Below, one piece after another: positions 43,337 through 51,812 of a stretch of DNA of 64,000 bases (within the stretch, counting starts at the first letter, position 1; each line of letters opens with the position of its first letter). The notes beneath the pieces are model-generated. The model saw only the letters and a list, made by a program, of their open reading frames with translations, searched no databases and was not told where the DNA came from. The DNA lies in assembly GCA_040392445.1 (NCBI GenBank), contig JBEBVZ010000010.1, forward strand, positions 9,686 to 73,685. The letters are read 5' to 3'. The stretch is from Verticiella sediminum (GTDB taxonomy: Bacteria > Pseudomonadota > Gammaproteobacteria > Burkholderiales > Burkholderiaceae_B). The position numbers and the translations under genes are program-made.

Positions 43337-45439
43337 ATGAAAGACGCCGATACCTCTTCCAGACCCTCTCCCAGCCGCTGGCGCGATTTCTTCGAACTCC
43401 TGGGTTCGATGCGTTTTGCGGTCAGCCTGCTGACCCTGATCTGTATCGCAAGCGTGGCCGGTACTGTGTTGCAGCAGAACCAGCCGCTGTCCAACTACAT
43501 CGATAAGTTCGGGCCGTTCTGGGCCGAGTTCTTCAGTGCGTTGTCCCTGTACACGGTCTACAACGCCTGGTGGTTCCTGCTGATCATGGCTTTCCTGGTG
43601 GTTTCCACCGGGATTTGTGTCATACGCAATGCGCCGGGCATGGTGCGCGACTCCTTGTCTTTCCGCGACCATGTCCGTGAAGGCAGCTGGCGCTCGTTCC
43701 CCCACCGCGCCGAAGCCGTCACGGATATGCCGGCAAGCGCCGCGGCCGAACGTGCCGGCATGTGGCTGCGCAAGCGTGGCTTCAAGGTACGCATCAAGCA
43801 GAACGGCGAATCGATGCTCGTGGCGGCCAAGTCGGGCGCCGGCAACCGCCTGGGCTATATTTTTGCCCACGTGGCAATCGTGGTTATCTGTATCGGCGGC
43901 TTGTTCGACAGTGAATTGCCGATACGCTTGCAGGTATGGCTGGGCGGCAAGCAACCGGTCTACGAGAACCTGCGTTTGTCCGAAGTGCCGCCCAGTGGAC
44001 GGCTCTCGGTGAACAACCCGGGCTTTCGCGCCAGCGCGCTGATTCCCGAAGGCGTGCAAACCAGCAGCGCCGTGGTCATGGCCGGCGATGGCGCCCTGGT
44101 GCAGCCGCTGCCGTTCTCCATCCTGCTCAAGGACTTCAAGGTCGATTACTACACGACCGGCATGCCCAGCGACTTTGCCAGCGACGTGGTGGTCACCGAT
44201 CCCGAGACCGGCGAAACCTTCGAGCGCACCATCCGGGTCAACGAACCCCTGCGATACAAGGGCGTCACCGTCTATCAGTCCAGTTTTGACGACGGCGGCA
44301 GCGATGTCACCGTTACCGGCTATGGCCTGGACGGCGCCATCGGCGAACCCTTCAAGCTCAACGGCACGGTGGGCAGCACCCTGCAAGTGGATAATGCCGG
44401 CGGCGAAGGCCGCCATGTCGCGCTGCGCTTCAGCGCCCTGCGCCCGATCAACGTCGAAGACCTCAGCGACGGCGGCGCGGCGACATCCATGGCCTTCGGC
44501 GAGCATGTCGCGGCGGTTACCGGCAGTGCGGTACGCAGCAATAAACAGTTCCAGAACGTGGGCCCCAGCGTGGAATATCAGCTTACCGATGCCAGTGGCC
44601 AGGTAACCGACTTCCATAACTACATGCTGCCGGTCCTGCTGGACGGCAGTTCCGTCTTTCTGCTGGGAACCCGTCCCAATGCCGGCGAATCCTTCCGCTA
44701 TTTGCGGATTCCGGCCGACGCCAACAACAGCATGAATGAATTCCTGCTGCTCAATGCGGCGCTGGCGGACCCGGCCATGCGCGCCGAGGCGGCCGGGCGA
44801 TTCGCCCAGCGCAATGCGGCGCCCGGCGCGCCGGTGGCCGCAGCCAGTGAAGCAGTGCGCGCCATACAGGAATCCGCCGTGCGCGCGCTGGACGTTTTCC
44901 AGGAAGGCGGCTTGGCGGGCGTGACCCAGTTCCTTGAACGCAACGTACCGGCCAACGAGCTGCCGCGCGCCGCCGAAGTGGTGGTGCGCCTGCTGGGCGG
45001 GGCCATGGCCGATTTGCGCATACTGGCGCGCGAGCAAGCCGGTATGCCGCCGCTTACCGGCGAAAGCGAAGAACAGATGGTGCGTGACGATACCTGGCTG
45101 CGCCTGTCGCTGGCGGCGCTGTCCGACCTGTCGGCGTATCCGGCCCCGGTAACCTTCATGCTTTCGGACTTCAAGCACGTCGAGGCCAGCGTGTTCCAGG
45201 TCAGCCGCACACCGGGCAAGATGGCCGTCTACATCGGCTGCCTGTTGCTGATCGTGGGCGTGTTCTCGATGTTCTATATCCGCGAGCGCCGCTTGTGGGT
45301 GTGGCTGCGTCCTGAAGGCAAGGGCAGTCGGGCTTTGATGGCGATGACCTCCCAAAGGCGTACACTCGATTTCAATCGCGATTTTGAACGGCTGAGCGAA
45401 CAGTTCGGCCGGTTGTTCCGCAAGCAGGGTGGAAAATAA
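43337..45439 (+). CDS. resB: System II cytochrome c biogenesis protein ResB/Ccs1
   Basis: 700 aa. N-terminal LGSMRFAVSLL TM segments, a large periplasmic domain and a C-terminal TM. The stop overlaps the ccsB start. Confidence 0.9.
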   Translation: MKDADTSSRPSPSRWRDFFELLGSMRFAVSLLTLICIASVAGTVLQQNQPLSNYIDKFGPFWAEFFSALSLYTVYNAWWFLLIMAFLVVSTGICVIRNAPGMVRDSLSFRDHVREGSWRSFPHRAEAVTDMPASAAAERAGMWLRKRGFKVRIKQNGESMLVAAKSGAGNRLGYIFAHVAIVVICIGGLFDSELPIRLQVWLGGKQPVYENLRLSEVPPSGRLSVNNPGFRASALIPEGVQTSSAVVMAGDGALVQPLPFSILLKDFKVDYYTTGMPSDFASDVVVTDPETGETFERTIRVNEPLRYKGVTVYQSSFDDGGSDVTVTGYGLDGAIGEPFKLNGTVGSTLQVDNAGGEGRHVALRFSALRPINVEDLSDGGAATSMAFGEHVAAVTGSAVRSNKQFQNVGPSVEYQLTDASGQVTDFHNYMLPVLLDGSSVFLLGTRPNAGESFRYLRIPADANNSMNEFLLLNAALADPAMRAEAAGRFAQRNAAPGAPVAAASEAVRAIQESAVRALDVFQEGGLAGVTQFLERNVPANELPRAAEVVVRLLGGAMADLRILAREQAGMPPLTGESEEQMVRDDTWLRLSLAALSDLSAYPAPVTFMLSDFKHVEASVFQVSRTPGKMAVYIGCLLLIVGVFSMFYIRERRLWVWLRPEGKGSRALMAMTSQRRTLDFNRDFERLSEQFGRLFRKQGGK

Positions 45440-46758
45440 TGCAAGCGACTACCAACGACGATCTGTGGCTTGACCATGGTGGCAATCTGGGCCGCGAACG
45501 TCCCAACTGGACAGACCTGGTCTTTCTGTTGTTCCTGGGGGCTGGCGCGGCATTTGCCATGAGCCGCGCGGGCGGCGTCATGGACGGCTATGACCAGGCC
45601 ATCCTGGTCGGAACCGTGCCGGTGCTGGCCTGGCTGGGCTGGCTGTGGCGTCCGCTGCGCCGCCTGATGATTGCCCTGGTGTTCAGCGGCGGGCTGGCCG
45701 TGATGTTGTATGGCGGCAACCTGGCGCGTGCCGAAGATGCCTTCCTGCTGCGCTACCTGCTGTCCTCGCAGTCGGCCATCATGTGGATGTGCGCCCTGTT
45801 TTCGCTGGCCACCATCTGCTACTGGATAGGCCTGGGCGCGCGCAGCCCGACCGCGGCCTGGCTGGGTACGGCGCTTACCTGGAGCGCGGTGTTCGCCGGT
45901 ATCACCGGACTGCTGGTGCGCTGGCACGAAAGCCACCTGATCGGCGTGGGCATAGGCTATATCCCGGTCAGCAACCTGTATGAAGTGGTGGTGCTGTTTG
46001 CCCTCATCACTTCCATGTTCTACCTGTATTACGAACAGCGTTACGCCGCGCGCAGCCTGGGCGCCTTCGTTCTGTTGGTCATCACGGCGGCCATCGCCTT
46101 CCTGCTCTGGTACAGCTTTGAGCGCAATGCGCACGAGATCCAGCCGCTGGTGCCCGCCCTGAAGAGCTGGTGGATGAAGCTGCACGTGCCGGCCAATTTC
46201 ATCGGTTATGGCACGTTCTCGCTGGCCGCCATGGTGGGTTTCGCCTATCTGGTCAAAACCCATGGCGAGACCAAGTCGTGGGTCAAGCTCATCCCGCTGT
46301 TCCTGCTGGGTGTGCTGATGGGCGTGGAACCCCTGGTGTTCCGCAGCGAAGGCCTGTCGTCCTACTGGATGGTGTATTTCGGCGCCGCCGCCGTCGTGGT
46401 CAGCCTGATCTTGCTGGCGCGCCGGCCCCTGGCCGAGCGCCTGCCGTCGCTCGAAGTGCTCGACGACATCATGTACAAGGCCATCGCGGTGGGCTTTGCC
46501 TTCTTCACGGTGGCAACCATATTGGGCGCGCTGTGGGCCGCCGACGCCTGGGGCGCCTACTGGCAGTGGGATCCCAAGGAAACCTGGGCGCTCATCGTCT
46601 GGCTGAACTATGCGGCCTGGCTGCACATGCGCTTGATGAAGGGCCTGCGCGGCACCTTTGCCGCGTACTGGGCGCTGGTGGGTCTGCTGGTTACCGGCTT
46701 CGCCTTCCTGGGCGTGAATATGTTCCTGTCCGGCTTGCATTCCTACGGCGAACTGTAA
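45439..46758 (+). CDS. ccsB: System II cytochrome c biogenesis protein CcsB/ResC (haem handling, WWD domain)
   Basis: Polytopic. Trp-rich WWD-type motif WGAYWQWDPKETWALIVW and conserved His residues. Confidence 0.9.
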   Translation: MQATTNDDLWLDHGGNLGRERPNWTDLVFLLFLGAGAAFAMSRAGGVMDGYDQAILVGTVPVLAWLGWLWRPLRRLMIALVFSGGLAVMLYGGNLARAEDAFLLRYLLSSQSAIMWMCALFSLATICYWIGLGARSPTAAWLGTALTWSAVFAGITGLLVRWHESHLIGVGIGYIPVSNLYEVVVLFALITSMFYLYYEQRYAARSLGAFVLLVITAAIAFLLWYSFERNAHEIQPLVPALKSWWMKLHVPANFIGYGTFSLAAMVGFAYLVKTHGETKSWVKLIPLFLLGVLMGVEPLVFRSEGLSSYWMVYFGAAAVVVSLILLARRPLAERLPSLEVLDDIMYKAIAVGFAFFTVATILGALWAADAWGAYWQWDPKETWALIVWLNYAAWLHMRLMKGLRGTFAAYWALVGLLVTGFAFLGVNMFLSGLHSYGEL

Positions 46759-46764
46759 GCCGCC

Positions 46765-46812
46765 GGCCGCCCTGTTCCAGGGCGGCCATCCGGGCTGGGC
46801 AATTGCCCAGCC
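46765..46812. terminator. two tandem hairpins between convergent ccsB and ghrA
   Basis: GGCCGCCCTG-TTC-CAGGGCGGCC (46765-46787) and the 20-bp perfect palindrome GGCTGGGCAATTGCCCAGCC (46793-46812). Confidence 0.65.
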
Positions 46813-46827
46813 GATCTACTTTTCCCC

Positions 46828-47760
46828 TCAATAACCGCGGCTGCGATCCACCTGGCCGGTGATGGTCTCGCCACGATCGAGCTGCAGGATCTTGGCCGCG
46901 ATCTGCGCCACCGATTCGCTGCGCATGGTGCGCGCCGAGCTGTGCGGGGTGACGGTGATGGCCGGGTGCAGCCAGAACGGATGTTGCGCAGGCAGGGGTT
47001 CGGTGCGAAACACATCCAGTGTCGCGCCGGCCACATGGCCATCGGCCAGCGCTTGCAGCAGGTCTTCCTCTACCAGGTGTTCGCCGCGCCCGACGTTGAT
47101 GATGTAGGCGCCCGGCAAGAGTTGGGCGAAAGTGTCGCGGTTGAGGATGTCGCGCGTGTCTGGCGTCAGGGGCAGGGTATTGATCAATACCCGGGTGCGC
47201 GCAAGAAACGCCGGCAATTTATCGCTGCCGGCAAAGCATTCCACGTTTTCCAGCTCGCGGGGCGAACGGGCCCAGCCCGCTACCGGATACTCGAACTGCG
47301 ATATGGCCTGGGCGATACGCGTACCGATCTTGCCCATGCCCATCACGCCCACCGGCCAGTCGTGGCGCCGGGTAACGGGCAGCATGCGCCATTCCTGCCG
47401 TTGCTGAGCTTGCTGATAAGCGTCGAACTGCCGCGAGGCGCGCCACAAGGCGTGCAGAGCGTACTCGGCCATTTGCACCGTCATGCCGGCGTCTTCCAGG
47501 CGCACCACCGGCAGATCCTTGGGCAGGGTGGGTACGGCCAGCAAGCCATCTACGCCGGCCCCCAGATTGAATACCATGCGCAGCTTTTTTTCGCGCTCGA
47601 ACAGGGCCGCAGGCGGGTGCCAAACGACGGCGACATCGGCGTCGACGGCGGGGCCGTCCGGGTTCCAGACGCTGATGCGAACACCGGGCAGGGCTGCGCC
47701 GAAAGCTTGGACCCAGGGGCTTGAGGTGTTGTCACCGGGCATGGCAAGAATGACGTGCAC
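46828..47760 (-). CDS. ghrA: glyoxylate/hydroxypyruvate reductase A (D-2-hydroxyacid dehydrogenase family)
   Basis: Collinear by eye with E. coli GhrA, including VVWHPP, FNLGAGVD, LNTLPLTPDT, DVFRTEPLP, TPHSSA and the terminal GQVDRSRGY. GTG start at 47760. Confidence 0.88.
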   Translation of the reverse strand: MHVILAMPGDNTSSPWVQAFGAALPGVRISVWNPDGPAVDADVAVVWHPPAALFEREKKLRMVFNLGAGVDGLLAVPTLPKDLPVVRLEDAGMTVQMAEYALHALWRASRQFDAYQQAQQRQEWRMLPVTRRHDWPVGVMGMGKIGTRIAQAISQFEYPVAGWARSPRELENVECFAGSDKLPAFLARTRVLINTLPLTPDTRDILNRDTFAQLLPGAYIINVGRGEHLVEEDLLQALADGHVAGATLDVFRTEPLPAQHPFWLHPAITVTPHSSARTMRSESVAQIAAKILQLDRGETITGQVDRSRGY

Positions 47761-47929
47761 GTTTTATCTCCGTATAGCGCGGGTTCAGGTATGAACCCAG
47801 GGTTCAATCATAAGCTGTCGTCACAGACTGCTGTTTGCAGTTGTTACCGCGGCGTGGCCGGGCGCGCGCACGATGGCACAATGGCGGCGAGCCGCAGATA
47901 GGCATTAACAGCAAAAAAAGGAGTCCACC

Positions 47930-48487
47930 GTGAACCAGCCTATATCCGTGCCGCAAGGCGTGTCGTCCGAACGTGTGCGCGAAGACTCCCGTACCCTGCG
48001 CAAGGCGATTTTCCGGCTTGGCATGCCTTACCTGGTGCGGCGTCTGGTCGTCGTCGCGATCGGCGTGGCCATCTACCTGGTGCTGGCCAATGCCATCCTG
48101 GGCTTTGGCGAGGGCGTGTCCTACGAACGGCTGGGTGCCGCCGATTCCCCGGTGGTGGCGTTCCTGACGCGCATCAATATCTACATCTGGTGGGTCCTGG
48201 TGGTGATTCTGGGCGTGATCGCCTTGTTCTGGTTGAAGTCGGCCTGGCACAACGGCGTGCTGCGCGAGCGGGCCATGCCGGTTCCCCCCGCTGAAATCCA
48301 GGTGCTGGCCAATACCTTGTCCGCCCCGGTGCTGGACGTGATGCGCTGGGTCTGGACCGACCATGGCGACCCTTTTTCCCTGGGCGACCTGCAGTCCACC
48401 CTGGCCGAAACCCGTGGCGGACGCATCGAGAAAATCAGGATCGCCATCGAGCAGCAGGCCGTGCTTGGCGCGCATCGGCCTATCTAG
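47930..48487 (+). CDS. hypothetical membrane protein (two predicted TM helices)
   Basis: GTG start with AGGAG 7 nt upstream. Host-like codon usage. TM segments VVVAIGVAIYLVLANAILGF and IYIWWVLVVILGVIALFWL. I do not recognise a family. Confidence 0.6.
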   Translation: MNQPISVPQGVSSERVREDSRTLRKAIFRLGMPYLVRRLVVVAIGVAIYLVLANAILGFGEGVSYERLGAADSPVVAFLTRINIYIWWVLVVILGVIALFWLKSAWHNGVLRERAMPVPPAEIQVLANTLSAPVLDVMRWVWTDHGDPFSLGDLQSTLAETRGGRIEKIRIAIEQQAVLGAHRPI

Positions 48488-48541
48488 AGTCTGTTGGCGC
48501 TCGCACCGCGAGCGAGCCTGCCATGGGCAGCAATTACCGTT

Positions 48542-49780
48542 TCATATGACCAGACGGCGCACATACGCCGGCAAGGCGAACAGGGCGCTGTGTACTTCGG
48601 CGCTGTAGTAGTTCAGGCGGCTGATCTGGCGCTGCGCCAGACGCCGGCCGGCCTCGCCGTCGGCCAAGGACAGAGGATCCAGGCTGTCGCTGGCGACCGC
48701 CATGGCCCACAGCGAACCGTATAGCGGGACGTACGCCGTCATGGGACGGACCACGCTGAAGACTGCGCCCAGGGCACCGACAAGCTGCGAGACGGTTTGC
48801 GGGCTGGACAGGGGCGAGCCCAGATGCAGGGTCATCGCACCGCCCGGTTTCAGGATGCGCTGGCACATGCGGAAGAAATTGGCGGTGTACAGGGGGCCTG
48901 CGGGCGTGTCCGGATCGGTCAGGTCCAGCACGATCAGATCGAATGTTTCCCGCGTATCGCGCACGAAGGCCAATCCGTCGCCAATCCGCACTTCCAGGCG
49001 AGGGTCGTCGAATACGCCGTGATGCACGCCTTGCAGGTGCGTCCTGGCGATGTCGATCACGCCGGCGTCGAGCTCGGCCATGACGATGCGCTGCAGGGTC
49101 GGATGCTTGAAAAGTTCTTCGCTCGAACCGCCGTCGCCGCCGCCCAGGACCAGGGCCGACGCCGGCGAGCCGTGGGTGAGGGCCGCCGGATGCACCATGC
49201 ATTCATGGTAGATGAACTCATCCTTCTCGGATGTCATGAAGCGCCCGTCCAGGCGGAACAGATGCCCGAAATCGGGGGTGTCGTAGACCTCTATGCGCTG
49301 GTGCGCCGACTGGAACGAAGCCAGGCGGCGACGCGCCTGGGTGCCGAACACCGTGTGCGGCGTGCTCCATTCCAGCAGCAGTTCGCAGCGCACGGCTTCG
49401 GGTTGGGCAAGATCGCCGCGACGGATGCGCTCGCCCTGCCAAGTACTGGGCTGCAGCTGCGCGAGCAGGTTGTCGAACAGCTGTTGCGCCTTGCCGGAGT
49501 TGTCTTGCAGGTAATTGCAGACATAGACATCCAGGGTGACGCCGCGCCGTTCCGGCCAGGTATGGATGGCCAGGTGGGACTCGGCCAGCAGCAGCGTACC
49601 GGCAATGCCCCCGGGTTCGCCATCCGTATCGGGCAAGGCCAGGAATGTTGCGTCGACGATGGCCAGGCCCGTGTTCAGCGTGGCCTTGCGACAAACCTGT
49701 TCAAGCGTCGGGCAGTCGACAAGCATGGCGTCGTGGCACTGGCAGCCATAGAGATCGCCAGTCAGATGCAAGCCTTGCAT
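48542..49780 (-). CDS. fused S-adenosylmethionine decarboxylase (SpeH/class 1B-type) - spermidine synthase
   Basis: The N-terminal ~120 aa carry the pyruvoyl self-processing motif LLLAESHLAIHTWPE..LDVYVCN. The C-terminal ~290 aa carry aminopropyltransferase motifs (YHECMVHPA, VLGGGDGG, DLIVLDLTDP). Start ATG 49780, or 49792. Confidence 0.85.
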   Translation of the reverse strand: MQGLHLTGDLYGCQCHDAMLVDCPTLEQVCRKATLNTGLAIVDATFLALPDTDGEPGGIAGTLLLAESHLAIHTWPERRGVTLDVYVCNYLQDNSGKAQQLFDNLLAQLQPSTWQGERIRRGDLAQPEAVRCELLLEWSTPHTVFGTQARRRLASFQSAHQRIEVYDTPDFGHLFRLDGRFMTSEKDEFIYHECMVHPAALTHGSPASALVLGGGDGGSSEELFKHPTLQRIVMAELDAGVIDIARTHLQGVHHGVFDDPRLEVRIGDGLAFVRDTRETFDLIVLDLTDPDTPAGPLYTANFFRMCQRILKPGGAMTLHLGSPLSSPQTVSQLVGALGAVFSVVRPMTAYVPLYGSLWAMAVASDSLDPLSLADGEAGRRLAQRQISRLNYYSAEVHSALFALPAYVRRLVI

Positions 49781-49897
49781 TGCTCCCCCCATTTCAAAAA
49801 TGGTGGATACATCGCCCGTCACTGCAGCAAAGCAGGGTTCAGGCAAGCATGAAGAACAACCCATTCTACGCCGTGGGTAAGCCCCGTGAACCTCGAT

Positions 49898-49960
49898 AAA
49901 CCGGGGCCAGACCAAGACTATGCCGCTATAAACCGTGGTCTGACCCCGGTTTATAGCGGC
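49898..49960. repeat. hairpin repeat locus (one truncated and one full inverted unit, the latter within a 39-nt palindrome)
   Basis: AAACCGGGGCCAGACCA (49898-49914). AAACCGTGGTCTGACCCCGGTTT (49930-49952) is the exact reverse complement of the 14116 unit. It is extended to GCCGCTATAAACCGTGG-TCTGA-CCCCGGTTTATAGCGGC (49922-49960). Confidence 0.7.
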
Positions 49961-49966
49961 TGTTTC

Positions 49967-50929
49967 TTATTGCGGCTGGATGCCGGCGGATTGCGCGATC
50001 TTGCGAAAGCGTTCCTGCTCGCTGGCCTGGAAGGCCTGCATGCGCTGGGGGTCGTAGGCCATGAGTTCGCCGCCGGTTTTCGCCACGAATTCCCTGGCAT
50101 CGTCGGACGACAGGACTTTTTGCATGGCGGCGGCCAGGGTGGCGGCGATGTCGGCGGGCGTGTCGGCGCGCACGTAGAACGAGGTCCAGCTGTACTGCTT
50201 GTAGTCCGGGTAGCCGCTTTCCTGGATGGTGGGGATGCTGGAAAGGTGGATGTGCCGGTTTTCGCCGGAAACCGCCAGCGCCTTGACCTTGCCGTCCAGG
50301 ATGAGTTCGCGCGCGCCGCCCAGATCCACCAGCGCGCCATCGAGCCTGCCGCCGACGATGTCCGTCATGATGGCCGCCTGGCCCTTGTACGGCACGTTGC
50401 TGAACTTGAAGCCGGCCATGTCCGCGAACCATTCGGCGGCCAACTGGTAGCCCGCCGAATAGGTGCCGATATTGACGGGCGCGGCGGATGCCTTGGCGGC
50501 TTGCACGAAATCGGCCAGCGAGGCGTGGCGCGAGTCCGGCGGAACCACCAAGACGTTCATGCCGCGCGTCAGGCCGGAAATGGGCTTGAAGTCGTGAACC
50601 GGATCATAGGGCAGTTCTTTATAGACCACGGGGTTCACGCAGATGGGGGAATTGCTTGCCAGCACGATGGTGTAGCCATCGGCGGGCGCGCTTTTGGTGG
50701 CGGTCAGGCCTATGTTGCCGCCGGCGCCGGGACGGTTCTCGATCACCACCGGTTGGCCCAGCTCGGCGCTGAGCTTCTCGCCAAAATAGCGCGACGAGGT
50801 GTCCGAGCCGCTGCCCGGCGTGAAGGGCACGATGATCCTGAGGGCGCGGTCGGGAAAGCTGCTGGCCTGGGCCAGGCCCATCACCCCCACCAGGGCGGCG
50901 CCCAGCAGCGCGGCGAATGTTTTTTGCAT
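49967..50929 (-). CDS. Bug-family (TctC-like) periplasmic substrate-binding protein
   Basis: Signal peptide, then FPDRALRIIVPFTPGSGSD and ENRPGAGGNIG. 320 aa. Confidence 0.9.
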   Translation of the reverse strand: MQKTFAALLGAALVGVMGLAQASSFPDRALRIIVPFTPGSGSDTSSRYFGEKLSAELGQPVVIENRPGAGGNIGLTATKSAPADGYTIVLASNSPICVNPVVYKELPYDPVHDFKPISGLTRGMNVLVVPPDSRHASLADFVQAAKASAAPVNIGTYSAGYQLAAEWFADMAGFKFSNVPYKGQAAIMTDIVGGRLDGALVDLGGARELILDGKVKALAVSGENRHIHLSSIPTIQESGYPDYKQYSWTSFYVRADTPADIAATLAAAMQKVLSSDDAREFVAKTGGELMAYDPQRMQAFQASEQERFRKIAQSAGIQPQ

Positions 50930-51020
50930 GTTGTCTCCTCGTATGAATAGTATGTACGTGGAATATATTAATATGTATGTAGTTTAATTAACCAAACAGA
51001 TACACCAGACAGGAGACAAC

Positions 51021-51794
51021 ATGTCGGACAGCCAGCACCCCACAGATATCGCAGTGTCGCTAGACAAACATGTCGCACTCATCGAAATCCAGCGTCCTCC
51101 TTTCAACTATTTCGACGTCGACCTCATCACCGATCTGGCCGATGCCTTCGAAGAACTCGACCGCAACGAGCAATGCCGCGTCATCGTGCTGGCAGCCCAG
51201 GGCAAGGCTTTTTGCGCTGGCGCCGACTTCTCGGGGGGCGGCACGCGCGGCGCGCCCGGCGACCTGTATCGCCATGCCTTACGCATGTTTCGCACGCGCA
51301 AGCCGGTCGTGGCCGCCATTCATGGCGCAGCCATTGGCGGTGGCCTGGGGCTGGCGCTGGTTGGCGACTTCCGGGTCACTTGCCCGCAAGCCCGCTTCAG
51401 CGCGAACTTCAACCGCCTGGGCTTTCATCCGGGCTTTGGCCTGAGCACCACCTTGCCGCGCCTGGTCGGCGAGCAGCAGGCGGCCTTGTTGATGTACACC
51501 GGCCGCCGCATTGGCGGTGAAGAGGCCGTGCGCATCGGCCTGGCCGACGTACTGGCGGCCGACGAGGCAGCCGTGCGTACCGCTGCGCTGGAACTGGCCG
51601 AGGAAATCGCCTGCTCGGCGCCCCTGGCGGTGCAGGACACGCGCACCACCTTGCGCGCCGGCCTGGCCGACGCCATTGCGGCCGCGGTCGATGTCGAGGC
51701 CGAGGCACAAGGGCGGCATTTCCAGACCGCCGACTTCAAGGAAGGGGTGGCCGCCACGGCCGCGCGCCGACTGCCGCAGTTCACCGGCAAGTAA
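51021..51794 (+). CDS. crotonase-superfamily (enoyl-CoA hydratase/isomerase family) protein
   Basis: Crotonase fold blocks: oxyanion-hole GKAFCAGADF and IHGAAIGGGLGLAL. The positions of both hydratase glutamates appear substituted (see findings). Confidence 0.85.
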   Translation: MSDSQHPTDIAVSLDKHVALIEIQRPPFNYFDVDLITDLADAFEELDRNEQCRVIVLAAQGKAFCAGADFSGGGTRGAPGDLYRHALRMFRTRKPVVAAIHGAAIGGGLGLALVGDFRVTCPQARFSANFNRLGFHPGFGLSTTLPRLVGEQQAALLMYTGRRIGGEEAVRIGLADVLAADEAAVRTAALELAEEIACSAPLAVQDTRTTLRAGLADAIAAAVDVEAEAQGRHFQTADFKEGVAATAARRLPQFTGK

Positions 51795-51812
51795 ATCGCA
51801 ACGGAGCACCGA

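Noticed and set aside
43235-45355. 706-aa ORF on the minus strand
   Set aside because: It is antisense to resB, has low-complexity Gly/Ala/Arg/His composition, and no start context.
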